Counted from the stretch's first letter, positions 47,926 to 57,399 are shown. The stretch is 64,000 bases of DNA from Acidimicrobiia bacterium (GCA_040905905.1 JBBDQN010000032.1:30796-94795); one strand, 5' to 3'. Notes: generated from the letters alone by a model not told the origin. A program made the numbers and translations.

Positions 47926-50640
47926 TTAGCCCGTGTTGCGCATCCCGGCGGCGATTCCGTTGACGGTCAACAACAAGGCTCGCTGCAACGCGGGATCCTC
48001 CTTTCCGGTTCGCCGGCTTCTCGCCAGCAGGCTCACCTGGAGATAGTTGAGAGGGTCGAGGTAGATGTTGCGCACCTCCAGGGTCCGAGCCAGCACCGGG
48101 TTCTCGGCCAGCACCTCTTCACCCGTGAGGCTTCGGATCTCGGACACGGTCTTGTGATGTTCGGCCTGAATCAGGTCGAACAGGTGGCGGTGCTCGGGTT
48201 TTACGAGCCGCGCGACATAACGCCCGGCGATCGACAGGTCGGTTTTGGCCAAAGTCATCTCGACGTTGGCGATGAACGTCTGCATGAATGAGAACCTCTT
48301 CGCCATGTCCTTCAGGTCCGGTCCTAGACCTTGACCCCGGACGGCTTCGAGGCCTGATCCCACCCCGAACCAGCCGGGGATGATCTGACGAGACTGAGTC
48401 CAACCGAACACCCAGGGAATGGCACGGAGATCCGCCAGCCCGCCCCCGCCCCCCGGTCGTCGGGAAGGGCGGGAGCCGATGTTCATCGCCCCGAGTTCTT
48501 CCACCGGAGTCGATGAGAGGAAGTAGTCCACGAGGTCTGGGTGGTCGACGAGGTTTCTATAGGCGGAGAAGGCTGCGTGCGAGAACGCTTCCCAGGCCGC
48601 GGTCCATCGATCGAGGACCTCGGTTGGTTGTCTCGAAACCCGATGGAGTAGAGACGCCTCCAGCACCGAAGAAATCCCTAGTTCCAGGTTGCGGGCCGCC
48701 AGCCGGGGGAGACCGTACTTGTCGGAGATGACCTCACCCTGTTCGGTCACCTTGAGCGCTCCATCGATAGTGCCGTACGGCTGGGCCAGGATGGCGGCAT
48801 GGGAGGGGCCGCCGCCCCGGCCGATGGTGCCTCCCCGGCCGTGGAAGAGTCGCAGAGTCACACCATGGTCGACGGCGGCGTTGCGGAGGAGCCGCTGGGC
48901 CTTGTAGATCTCCCATTGGGAAGTGGTGATGCCTCCGTCCTTGTTGGAGTCCGAGTAACCAAGCATCACCTCCTGGATGTCGCCCCGAAGCTTCACCAGC
49001 TTTCGGTAAGGCTCGATGGAGAGAAGGCTGGCGAGAAGATCGCCGGCGCGTCGCAACTCTTCGATCGTCTCGAAGAGCGGCACAAAACCGATCCGAGCAA
49101 TGTCCTGTTGGAGATCCACCAGACCCGCCTCGCGAGCCAGCACGGCGGCGGCCAGGACATCGTCGGTACCCTGGGTCATGCTGATCACAAACGACTCGAT
49201 CACCGGTCCAAAGCGGTCGAGGGCTGTGCGAATAGATTGGAAAGCCCGCAGGGTGACGGCGGCCTCGCCGTCGAGGGAAGTGGTGGCAGAGCTCAGCGGA
49301 CGTCTCCCCACCAACTCCCCGGCCAGGATTTGGGCCCGCGCATCTCTGGTCAGCGATCGGTACTCGACCCCGATCCGTTCGTAGAGGTCACCGATCGTTA
49401 GCTGGAGTGGATCCGCATGTTGGCGGATGTCCATCGTCGCCAGGTGAAATCCAAAAGTCTTCACCCGCCTGACGAGCCGGGCCAGAGTGCCCGAGGCCAG
49501 GAGTTCGCCGGCGTTCTTGTTGAGAGACTCCGCCATCAGGCTGAGATCGCCTTCCAGCTCCTCGGCTGACGCGTAGTCCCAACCGGGCTGGTGACGGGCT
49601 CCTCCGAGTATGCGCTCACGCGTGTTGTGCAAGCGCTGGTGGATGTATGCGCACTTGAGCCGGTAGGGCTCGGTGGCGTTGATCCCTCGAAACCGGTGCC
49701 ACACCTGGGGCAGGAGTTCGCGGTCCTCCTCTAGCGAACTGGCCAGGTCGGCCGTGATCGGCCGGATCCGCGAAGAGACTGATAGCTCGTCGGCAGCCTG
49801 TTCCACGGCGGTGACGAGATTACGGAGACCATGATCGTGTTGAAGCTCGAGAACCTCAAGGGTGACTTCGGGGGTGACCGCAGGGTTGCCGTCGCGATCG
49901 CCGCCCACCCAGGTCCCGAATCGGATGGCCGGTGCCCCGCTGTGCCCCAGCCGACTCAGGGCGTTCTCCAACTCCTCGGCGAGATCGGGGAGCACATGCG
50001 TGAAGAGCTGGTCGAGGTAGAAGATGGCCGACTTCGCCTCGTCCAGAGGCTGAGGTCGCTCGGCTCGTAGCTCGTCCGTCTGCCAGATCTGGTCGATCAG
50101 CTCGGCGATCCGCCGATCGATCCGCTGTCGTTCGCGATCGGTGGTCGTAGGCTCGAGTCGCTCTTGCAGAAGGTCGGCGAGAGTCCGCAGCTTGGTGAGG
50201 ATCGTCCTGCGGGCGGCTTCGGTGGGATGGGCGGTGAAGACCGGTCGCAGTTCGAGTCGCGACAAAACGCGGGTAATGGTTTCTTGGTCCACACCGGCGG
50301 CCAGTACTCGGTCAACGGTGGCGTTGAGGGTGAGCTCGTCGTCGGTGGCGGAGAGCTCCCCTACCCGATGGGTCTGCTCGGCCACATTGGCTAGATAGAA
50401 ATAGGCGGAGAATGCCCGGACCAGCTCGATGGTCGTCTCGAGGTCGAGCTGCTCGAGCATCGAGGCCAGCCGGTCGTCGGCTTCGGTATCACCAGCCATC
50501 CGCACCGCTTTGGTGTGAGCCCTGACTCTTTCAACCAGATCCAACAGATCCGGTCCGTGCTGGCGAGTGAGCGCATCTCCCAATTGGGCGCCCAGCCGGC
50601 GGATGTCGGCGCGGAGAGCTTCATCGACGGCATCCATCAC
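47926..50640 (-). CDS. ppc: phosphoenolpyruvate carboxylase
   Basis: VFTAHPTE, GYSDSNKDGG, FHGRGGTIGRGG, C-terminal GMRNTG. Confidence 0.95.
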   Translation of the reverse strand: MMDAVDEALRADIRRLGAQLGDALTRQHGPDLLDLVERVRAHTKAVRMAGDTEADDRLASMLEQLDLETTIELVRAFSAYFYLANVAEQTHRVGELSATDDELTLNATVDRVLAAGVDQETITRVLSRLELRPVFTAHPTEAARRTILTKLRTLADLLQERLEPTTTDRERQRIDRRIAELIDQIWQTDELRAERPQPLDEAKSAIFYLDQLFTHVLPDLAEELENALSRLGHSGAPAIRFGTWVGGDRDGNPAVTPEVTLEVLELQHDHGLRNLVTAVEQAADELSVSSRIRPITADLASSLEEDRELLPQVWHRFRGINATEPYRLKCAYIHQRLHNTRERILGGARHQPGWDYASAEELEGDLSLMAESLNKNAGELLASGTLARLVRRVKTFGFHLATMDIRQHADPLQLTIGDLYERIGVEYRSLTRDARAQILAGELVGRRPLSSATTSLDGEAAVTLRAFQSIRTALDRFGPVIESFVISMTQGTDDVLAAAVLAREAGLVDLQQDIARIGFVPLFETIEELRRAGDLLASLLSIEPYRKLVKLRGDIQEVMLGYSDSNKDGGITTSQWEIYKAQRLLRNAAVDHGVTLRLFHGRGGTIGRGGGPSHAAILAQPYGTIDGALKVTEQGEVISDKYGLPRLAARNLELGISSVLEASLLHRVSRQPTEVLDRWTAAWEAFSHAAFSAYRNLVDHPDLVDYFLSSTPVEELGAMNIGSRPSRRPGGGGGLADLRAIPWVFGWTQSRQIIPGWFGVGSGLEAVRGQGLGPDLKDMAKRFSFMQTFIANVEMTLAKTDLSIAGRYVARLVKPEHRHLFDLIQAEHHKTVSEIRSLTGEEVLAENPVLARTLEVRNIYLDPLNYLQVSLLARSRRTGKEDPALQRALLLTVNGIAAGMRNTG

Positions 50641-50698
50641 ACCAGGCTACAACTGGCATCTCCCCAAACCTCCTAGGGTCGAGTCAACTCAGTTGTCC

Positions 50699-52066
50699 AT
50701 GTTCGACACCATCTCGCACCGTTTCGAAGACGTCTTCACCCGGCTCCGGAGCAAGGGCCGGTTGTCCGCGGCCGATGTCGAAACGTCCTTGCGTGAAGTC
50801 CGCCAGGCGCTGCTCGAGGCCGACGTCAATGTTGGGGTGGTCCGGGAGTTCCTGGATCGGGTCAGAGAACGATCCATTGGCGACGAAGTCCATCGGAGCC
50901 TTACTCCCGGTCAACAGGTCATCAAGATCGTCCACGAAGAGCTGGTCAAGACGTTGGGTGATGTCAACGTCCCCATCCGGCAGGCGGGGGCGCCAACCGT
51001 GATCCTGCTCGCTGGTTTGCAGGGGTCGGGCAAAACCACCACGGCGGCCAAGCTCGCCCTCCATCTACTCGAGGGGGGTCGTCGGCCCCTGCTGGTTGCT
51101 GCCGATCTGCAACGCCCGGCGGCGGTGGAACAGCTCCAAACCCTGGGCGACCGCATCGGGGTCCCGGTCTTCACTGAGCGAACCTCGCGGCCACCCCGCC
51201 TGGTGCGGGCGGCCCTCAAGGAAGCTCCGCGGTTGAACCGGGATGTCGTGATCATCGACACCGCTGGCCGGCTCCAGATCGACCAGGAGTTGATGGACGA
51301 GCTGAGTGAGATCTCTCGGGAAGCATCGCCGCACGAGACCCTGCTGGTGGTTGACGCCATGACCGGACAGGTTGCGGTCAACGTGGCCCAGGGCTTCAAA
51401 GACCGGCTCAACCTCACTGGCCTGATCCTCACCAAACTCGACGGCGACGCCAGGGGAGGGGCGGCCATCTCCGCCCGGGCGGTAACCGGCGTCCCCATCA
51501 AAATGGTGGGTGTCGGCGAGTCGCTCCAGGGGCTCGAGCCTTTCCATCCCGAACGAATGGCATCGCGCATTCTCGGCATGGGTGATGTCCTCACTTTGAT
51601 CGAGAAGGCAGAAGAGACCTTTGACCAGGCCAGCGCCGAGAAGGCCGCCGCCAAGATGCAGAAGGGTCAATTCACCTTGGAGGACTTCCTCGAGCAGTTC
51701 CAGTCGATCAAGCGGATGGGGCCACTGAGAGACGTTATTGCTATGCTTCCAGGCGCCGGTTCGCTGCTCCGTCAGGTCAACGTCGAAGATCGAGACCTGG
51801 GGAGGGTGGAGGCGATCATCTACTCGATGACGTCCGAGGAGCGCCGGAGCCCCAAAGTGATCGGCAATAGCCGCAAACGCAGGATCGCGGCCGGGTCGGG
51901 CACCAGCCCGCAGGAGGTCAACCAGCTACTGCGCCAATTCGCCGATGCACAAAAGATGATGAAGTTGTTGTCCGCAGGTCGGGGATTGCCCGGTCTCAAG
52001 GGTTTGAACCCGGGGCGGTCCCCGGGCCGTCCTGCGGCCAGAAAGAAGAAGAAGTCACAAAGATGA
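50699..52066 (+). CDS. ffh: signal recognition particle protein Ffh
   Basis: Trimmed to ATG 50699 (MFDTISHRFEDVF). GLQGSGKTTTAAKLA, DTAGRL, TKLDGDARGGAA, and an M domain. Confidence 0.93.
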   Translation: MFDTISHRFEDVFTRLRSKGRLSAADVETSLREVRQALLEADVNVGVVREFLDRVRERSIGDEVHRSLTPGQQVIKIVHEELVKTLGDVNVPIRQAGAPTVILLAGLQGSGKTTTAAKLALHLLEGGRRPLLVAADLQRPAAVEQLQTLGDRIGVPVFTERTSRPPRLVRAALKEAPRLNRDVVIIDTAGRLQIDQELMDELSEISREASPHETLLVVDAMTGQVAVNVAQGFKDRLNLTGLILTKLDGDARGGAAISARAVTGVPIKMVGVGESLQGLEPFHPERMASRILGMGDVLTLIEKAEETFDQASAEKAAAKMQKGQFTLEDFLEQFQSIKRMGPLRDVIAMLPGAGSLLRQVNVEDRDLGRVEAIIYSMTSEERRSPKVIGNSRKRRIAAGSGTSPQEVNQLLRQFADAQKMMKLLSAGRGLPGLKGLNPGRSPGRPAARKKKKSQR

Positions 52067-52068
52067 AA

Positions 52069-52098
52069 CCAATGACCACAAATTGGCCAATGACCACA
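52069..52098 (+). repeat. perfect 12-nt direct repeat CCAATGACCACA x2 in the rpsP leader
   Basis: Copies at 52069-80 and 52087-98. Either ACCAC can pair with GUGGU (52105-09) next to the rpsP start region. Confidence 0.8.
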
Positions 52099-52116
52099 CA
52101 TAGGGTGGTGAACTGA

Positions 52117-52434
52117 ATGGCGGTCAAGATTCGCCTGATCCGGATGGGCAAGACCAAACAGCCCACCTACCGGGTGGTGGTCATGGACGGCCGCTCGCCC
52201 CGCGACGGCCGCTACCTCGACCGGGTTGGTCGTTATGACCCACGCCAGGAGCCCTCGTTGATCGAAATCGACAACGACAAAGCGGTCGAATGGATTCGCC
52301 GCGGTGCTCAGCCGACCGACACCGTCCGCAAACTTCTGGAAATCTCCGGGGCGATGGCCAAGCTCAAGGTAGCCACCGGCCAGATACACACAGTCAAAGC
52401 CAAACCGGCCGCAGCCGCCGATGGCGAGGAGTGA
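52117..52434 (+). CDS. rpsP: 30S ribosomal protein S16
   Basis: MAVKIRLIRMGKTKQPTYRVVV... Confidence 0.93.
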   Translation: MAVKIRLIRMGKTKQPTYRVVVMDGRSPRDGRYLDRVGRYDPRQEPSLIEIDNDKAVEWIRRGAQPTDTVRKLLEISGAMAKLKVATGQIHTVKAKPAAAADGEE

Positions 52435-52687
52435 CATGGCTAAAGGCGACATTCTCAAGAGGGTTCTCGATTACATCGTCGGCCAGATCGTCGACGACCC
52501 CACCAAGGTTTCGGTGACCATCATCGAGCAAGGACCCGACGAGGTCCTGGCCGAGGTGCGGACCGGACCCGGTGATCTAGGCAGGGTTATCGGTCGGCGG
52601 GGCCGAACCGCCCGCGCGATTCGCACGGTGGCACAAGCCGCCGCCGACGAAGAGGGGATCACCGCCGGAGTTGAGTTCGTCGACTGA
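52421..52687 (+). CDS. KH-domain RNA-binding protein (YlqC/UPF0109)
   Basis: GRVIGRRGRTARAIRTV is a GXXG KH motif. Conserved position between rpsP and rimM. Confidence 0.85.
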   Translation: MARSDMAKGDILKRVLDYIVGQIVDDPTKVSVTIIEQGPDEVLAEVRTGPGDLGRVIGRRGRTARAIRTVAQAAADEEGITAGVEFVD

Positions 52688-53210
52688 TTCACCCCAGGCG
52701 GCCGACGACCTGGTGCTGGTGGGTCGGCTGGGACGTGCCCATGGCCTCCGGGGCTTTCTCGTCCTCATTTCGGATTCGGACAACGATGCCCGCTTTGAAA
52801 GAGGCTCGGAGCTTGTCCTTGGTTCCGGAAACGCGTTGACCATCCGCGACGTTCTGACCATCCCCAACGGTCGCGCCCTCGCCTTCGTCGGGTATGACGA
52901 CCGCACCATTGCCGAGGTATTGAGGGGTGAGGAACTGTATGTGGTGGCCGCGACCCGCCGACCCCTCGCTCCCGACGAATTCTGGCCGGACGAGTTGATC
53001 GGTCTGGATGTCCGCAACACCGCCGGGTCGACAGTGGGCCGGGTTGAGGCAATCGACGACACCTCGGCACAAACGCGCCTGATCGTCGCCACCCTCTCAG
53101 GTCAATTCATGGTGCCGCTGGTGACGGCCCTGGTGCCGGAGGTATCGATGGCTGGCGGCTACCTGGTGGTGGCCGATCTCCCCGGGCTGTTCGACGACCA
53201 GACCGGTTAG
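52671..53210 (+). CDS. rimM: 16S rRNA processing protein RimM
   Basis: LVLVGRLGRAHGLRGFL..., PRC barrel C-terminus, synteny. Confidence 0.85.
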   Translation: MSSSTDSPQAADDLVLVGRLGRAHGLRGFLVLISDSDNDARFERGSELVLGSGNALTIRDVLTIPNGRALAFVGYDDRTIAEVLRGEELYVVAATRRPLAPDEFWPDELIGLDVRNTAGSTVGRVEAIDDTSAQTRLIVATLSGQFMVPLVTALVPEVSMAGGYLVVADLPGLFDDQTG

Positions 53211-54070
53211 GGGAGTTCGAGACCCACCACCACGCCCCGTTCCGACCCGTCCTCCCCGGAAAACTGCCCGACGAACAACTCCACCTGGCCACTGATGCCA
53301 GGGTCGGCTGTGGTGGAGAACGAGCCCCAGGTATCGCTGTAATCGGTGGCGTTGGTGACGTCCTGCAACAAGACCGCGTCGTCCTGTCGAAAGGTATAGA
53401 CAACGTTGGCCTCAAAAGGCCTTCCGTAACCCTCGATGAGGACGGGCACCGGACTCGGTCCGGCGAGTGGTGAAGTCAGAACCATCAGATCGCCGATCGC
53501 TGGAGCCCCGGCGTAGGTAGGCCCCCCTGGCTCTAACTCGACTACCACGCTGGCAGGTCCATTGGCGAGCGAGGCCCGGGCTATAGCTGGAGCAGTCAGG
53601 TGGAGATCGACAAAGAGGCTCCGATCTACCTTTCTGACTACAAAATACCGCCCCACCACCCGGGTCTCCACCAACTGATCGGTCACCGCGGTGGCGTCGA
53701 GGGCTAGGTGCACCCGGAGGATGGAGAGTTCCCGCAACAGCTCGATGGTTACCGATGGTGGGGTAGTGGCGGGGGCGCCCTGGTCGGTGACAAGCTCGAT
53801 CGTGAACGTCTCGCAGCCGGGTTGGGCGTGCCAGGTGATGGCTCCGATCGACTCGGCGTCGGTACTGGGCTGGGCGATGTCGAGCACCCTGCCGGCTTCG
53901 ACCATGGGATCTCCGTCGGGACAGGTGCTCGCCGGGGCTGTAACGGTCGTTGGGGGGGAAGGAGCAATCGACGTTGCGGTGGTCGTGCTTGCGGTCGTAC
54001 CGGTCGGTGCCGGCGGGCTACAGGCAACGATCAGCAGGCCGAAGATCGTCGCTGACTTACGAAGGTCCAT
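53207..54070 (-). CDS. lipoprotein with C-terminal Gmad2-like Ig domain
   Basis: Trimmed to ATG 54070 (MDLRKSATIFGLLIVACS lipobox). The C-terminal region ...IEGYGRPFEANVVYTFRQDD...WGSFSTT resembles Gmad2. Confidence 0.55.
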   Translation of the reverse strand: MDLRKSATIFGLLIVACSPPAPTGTTASTTTATSIAPSPPTTVTAPASTCPDGDPMVEAGRVLDIAQPSTDAESIGAITWHAQPGCETFTIELVTDQGAPATTPPSVTIELLRELSILRVHLALDATAVTDQLVETRVVGRYFVVRKVDRSLFVDLHLTAPAIARASLANGPASVVVELEPGGPTYAGAPAIGDLMVLTSPLAGPSPVPVLIEGYGRPFEANVVYTFRQDDAVLLQDVTNATDYSDTWGSFSTTADPGISGQVELFVGQFSGEDGSERGVVVGLELP

Positions 54071-54133
54071 GGGTTGGACAGACAGAATACCGGTCAAAAA
54101 CGCTGTGGGCCCTGGGTTACAAGGAAATATCAG

Positions 54134-54167
54134 CAAAGTGACATTAACCCCTTGACAAAGTGACATT
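54134..54167. repeat. 12-nt perfect direct repeat CAAAGTGACATT x2 (22-nt phasing) in an AT-rich divergent control region
   Basis: Copies at 54134-45 and 54156-67. More TGACA units at 54172-76 and 54180-84, the latter forming the palindrome TGACAGTGTCA (54180-90). Confidence 0.8.
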
Positions 54168-54180
54168 GATCTGACATCAT
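54152..54180 (+). promoter_or_regulatory. sigma70-like promoter candidate
   Basis: TTGACA (54152-57), a 17-nt spacer, CATCAT (54175-80). It overlaps the second direct repeat. Confidence 0.45.
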
Positions 54181-54207
54181 GACAGTGTCAACGAGAAGGA
54201 GAAAGAA

Positions 54208-54306
54208 ATGTTGGGCGGAAGTCTCATCACCATCGAAGCGATTCGCGGCCAGCGGTTCCCACAGACCCACAAGTGGGAGCGTCGGGTGTTCTTCAGCAAG
54301 CGATAA
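54208..54306 (+). CDS. candidate small protein (32 aa), below the ORF-track length cutoff
   Basis: AAGGAG at 54196-54201, 6 nt before ATG 54208. MLGGSLITIEAIRGQRFPQTHKWERRVFFSKR. The TAA at 54304-06 is 4 nt before the RHH gene ATG. Confidence 0.35.
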   Translation: MLGGSLITIEAIRGQRFPQTHKWERRVFFSKR

Positions 54307-54310
54307 GGGC

Positions 54311-54760
54311 ATGCAGACCTCAGCGATCCTTCACAATCTCGAGTCGGCCCTTGAATCCCAGCTGGCCCTGGCCGGCGCCGATCCCAACCTGGAGGCGGCC
54401 GGGCGGGCCATCCTGGCGGCGTTGCGACCGGCCCTCAAAGAGGCCGCTTTTGACCTGGCCGGACAGGCTGCCGAAGAAGTGCGGGCCCAGGTCAGCGGTC
54501 ACCGGGTCGACCTCACGGTCGTCGACGGTGAACCCACTATCAGGATCACCCCAGAAGACCAACACATGGCAGCGTCCGTCGAGGAGGACTTTGACGCCCG
54601 CATCACCCTGCGGCTTCCCCCCTCCATCAAAGAGATCGTCGAACAGGCGGCCTCGGAGTCTGGTGATTCGGTCAATTCCTGGGTCGTCAAGGCCCTGTCT
54701 CGCCGGGTCTCGGGCTCGCGACCGTCACGCCGCAGGGTCAATGAGACTTTCGAAATATGA
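54311..54760 (+). CDS. ribbon-helix-helix (HicB/Arc-like C-terminus) protein
   Basis: Trimmed to ATG 54311. C-terminal ARITLRLPPSIKEIVEQAASESGDSVNSWVVKAL is a typical RHH strand-helix-helix. Confidence 0.6.
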   Translation: MQTSAILHNLESALESQLALAGADPNLEAAGRAILAALRPALKEAAFDLAGQAAEEVRAQVSGHRVDLTVVDGEPTIRITPEDQHMAASVEEDFDARITLRLPPSIKEIVEQAASESGDSVNSWVVKALSRRVSGSRPSRRRVNETFEI

Positions 54761-55539
54761 GCCGGTACAGCTTCGTTTCGGGTTCCGTTCCCACGATCGA
54801 GGTCAGAGTCGCATCCGGGCGTCTGGATCTCGTGGAGTCGAGAGATCGCTCCATCACTGTTGACGTCAATGGACGCGGTGCGGAGAACATCGTCGTAGAA
54901 CAGAACGGTGACATCGTCACCATCCGCGAGGATCGCAACCGCTTTGGTGACCGGGCCGTCTCGTTGCGGGTGGCGGTCCCTCGCGGAACAGCGGCCGACA
55001 TCACCGGCGCCTCCCTCGACGTGCATGCCCGGGCGTCGCTCGACAGGGTTAATGCTCGCACGGCCTCGGGTGAACTCGAGTTCGAGGACATAGGTTCAGG
55101 AGAGCTGCGATCGGCCTCGGGCGATGTCTCCATCGAACGCTGCGACGCTCGGTGTCAGATCAGCACGGCCTCTGGTGACATCCGGGTAGAGATAATCGGG
55201 GGAGACGCCATTATTGCAACTGCTTCGGGCGACATCCATATCGAACTGGCCAAGTCCCGGGTCGAAGCCAAGAGCGCCTCGGGAGACATCACTTTCGGGT
55301 GTTGCTCCGGCCACAGCGTCGAGGTCGTTTCGATGTCTGGAGACATCCGGATCGGCCTTCCGGAAGGCCGGGTGGTTGAAGCCTCCATGGACAGTCTCTC
55401 GGGGGAGGTGCGGCTACCATCGCGCCGGACCGCCGTTGGCGCAGACCCGGAAGGGGTCAGAGCAAGAGAAACGGTCAAGCTGCGCCTCAAGACCGTATCG
55501 GGCGACATTCAGGTCAGCCGGGTGGAGCACACCAACTGA
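54757..55539 (+). CDS. DUF4097-like beta-strand-repeat protein (putative adhesin fold)
   Basis: Iterated (T/S)ASGD(I/V) repeats: ASGELEF, ASGDVSI, ASGDIRV, ASGDIHI, ASGDITF, MSGDIRI, LSGEVRL, VSGDIQV. Confidence 0.65.
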   Translation: MSRYSFVSGSVPTIEVRVASGRLDLVESRDRSITVDVNGRGAENIVVEQNGDIVTIREDRNRFGDRAVSLRVAVPRGTAADITGASLDVHARASLDRVNARTASGELEFEDIGSGELRSASGDVSIERCDARCQISTASGDIRVEIIGGDAIIATASGDIHIELAKSRVEAKSASGDITFGCCSGHSVEVVSMSGDIRIGLPEGRVVEASMDSLSGEVRLPSRRTAVGADPEGVRARETVKLRLKTVSGDIQVSRVEHTN

Positions 55540-55564
55540 TCACGTTCGGGGCCACAATGAGAGT

Positions 55565-56737
55565 GTGCAGCCCTACGACTCACCGGAGGAAGCGGCGTTC
55601 CGGCACGATGCCCGTTCCTGGCTGCTGGAAAACGCCAAACCTCACACGGCTCCGCCGATCGCTCCGTCGGCCATCGTCGCCGAGTGGACCACCGAGGAGG
55701 AGGTCGAGAAACTGGCGGTGGCCCGGGCCTGGCAGCAGCAAAAATTCGACGCCGGATGGGCCGGGGTCGCCTGGCCCCGTGCCTACGGCGGTAGGGGCGG
55801 GACTCCCATCCAGCAGATCATCTTCGATCAAGAAGAGTCCGACTTCGACGTGCCTCGCGATGCCCTCATCGTTGGCCTGGGCTGGTGTGGCCCGGCGGTG
55901 TTGTTGCTGGGCAACGAGGAACAGCGCTACCGGTTGATTCGCCCGCTTCTCTCGGGCCAGGATGTGTGGTGCCAACTGTTCTCCGAACCCGGTGCGGGCT
56001 CCGACCTGGCGGGCCTCGCCACCAGGGCCGTGCAGGATGGTGATGAGTGGGTCCTTGACGGCCAGAAGGTGTGGACGACTTTTGCGCACTTGTCTGATTG
56101 GGGGCTGTGCATAGCCCGCACCGATCCTGACCAACCCAAACACCGCGGTTTGTCGGCCTTCGTCGTGGATATGCGCTCGCCGGGCGTGGAGGCCCGGCCG
56201 GTACGCCAGATGACCGGTGCCGCGAACTACAACGAGGTATACCTCGACAATGTGCGAGTACCCGACTCGCAGCGGATCGGTTCCGTCGGTGACGGCTGGC
56301 GGGTGGTCATCACCACCTTCATGTTCGAACGGATGGGGATCCTGGTGGGACGCGGATGGATGCTGCAGGCGGCCCGCGGGTTGCTGACCGACGATCGCCG
56401 GGGCATTGACCAATGGACCCGCAACTGGATCAATGGAAGAGTCCTCGGATTCACCGGCCTCCGCCAACTCACCTCCTTATCCCGGGGTGAGGTCCCCGGG
56501 CCGGAAGGCTCGCTCGGCAAGCTGGTCGGAACTCAAATACTTTCGGATCTGTACGCCCAGGCGATTGCCAACCTGGGGGCGGCCGGGCTGCTGGCCGGAG
56601 TCGACGCACCTTTCGACGGCGATTGGCAGGATGCCTTCCTGGGCACCCCCGGCTTGCGAATCGGCGGCGGCACCGACCAGATCCAGCGCAACATCATCGC
56701 CGAACGCGTGCTGGGACTGCCCAAAGACCCGGCATGA
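55565..56737 (+). CDS. acyl-CoA dehydrogenase family protein
   Basis: In-frame GTG 55565 (VQPYDSPEEAAFR). FSEPGAGSDLAG, DGQKVWTT, and a C-terminal GGTDQIQRNIIAERVLGLP-type helix. ATGA overlap with trmD. Confidence 0.8.
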   Translation: MQPYDSPEEAAFRHDARSWLLENAKPHTAPPIAPSAIVAEWTTEEEVEKLAVARAWQQQKFDAGWAGVAWPRAYGGRGGTPIQQIIFDQEESDFDVPRDALIVGLGWCGPAVLLLGNEEQRYRLIRPLLSGQDVWCQLFSEPGAGSDLAGLATRAVQDGDEWVLDGQKVWTTFAHLSDWGLCIARTDPDQPKHRGLSAFVVDMRSPGVEARPVRQMTGAANYNEVYLDNVRVPDSQRIGSVGDGWRVVITTFMFERMGILVGRGWMLQAARGLLTDDRRGIDQWTRNWINGRVLGFTGLRQLTSLSRGEVPGPEGSLGKLVGTQILSDLYAQAIANLGAAGLLAGVDAPFDGDWQDAFLGTPGLRIGGGTDQIQRNIIAERVLGLPKDPA

Positions 56738-57399
56738 AGATCAGCGTTGTCACCCTTTTCCCCGGGTACTTCTCGGGACCGTTGGCCACCTCCATGGTGG
56801 AGAGGGCTATCGCCAAAGGAGCCCTGGAGGTGGACCTGGTCGACCTGCGCACCTATGGCAAAGGTGCTCACCGCCAGGTCGATGATGCTCCGTTTGGAGG
56901 CGGGCCGGGGATGGTGTTGATGATCGAGCCGCTGGCGGCTGTCCTCGAACCTCTGGCTGGGAGTCATCGGGTCTATTTCTCGCCGGCGGGCACTCCCATC
57001 GACCAGCAGATGATCGATCGGTTTGCACTCCTCTCCCATTTGACTCTGCTCTGTGGCCGCTACGAAGGAGTCGATCAACGGGTTGTTGATCTCTTCATCG
57101 ACGAAGAGGTATCCCTCGGCGACTTTGTCCTCGCCGGTGGCGAAGCGGCGGCAGCTGCGGTGATCGAGGCGGTAGCGCGTCTGCTTCCGGGCGTGGTCGG
57201 CAACCCCGGGTCGGTCGACACGGAGTCATTCCGCTCCGGCCTTCTCGAAGAACCTCACTACACCCGTCCGGCCGAGTTTCGGGGGTTTGCCGTTCCCGAG
57301 ATCCTGTTGTCCGGCGATCATGCCCGCATCGAAGCGTGGCGCAGGCAACAACGAGAAGACCGCACCGCCACCCGCCGTCCCGATCTCCATGAGGATTGA
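56734..57399 (+). CDS. trmD: tRNA (guanine37-N1)-methyltransferase
   Basis: [13 protein letters not shown]..., [22 protein letters not shown]. Confidence 0.93.
   Translation: MKISVVTLFPGYFSGPLATSMVERAIAKGALEVDLVDLRTYGKGAHRQVDDAPFGGGPGMVLMIEPLAAVLEPLAGSHRVYFSPAGTPIDQQMIDRFALLSHLTLLCGRYEGVDQRVVDLFIDEEVSLGDFVLAGGEAAAAAVIEAVARLLPGVVGNPGSVDTESFRSGLLEEPHYTRPAEFRGFAVPEILLSGDHARIEAWRRQQREDRTATRRPDLHED

Noticed and set aside
54179-54310. 44-codon N-terminal extension of the RHH protein ORF
   Set aside because: The extension is Ser/Arg/Lys-rich, starts inside the TGACA palindrome/promoter, and competes with a much better SD-preceded sORF in another frame. The RHH protein is called from ATG 54311.
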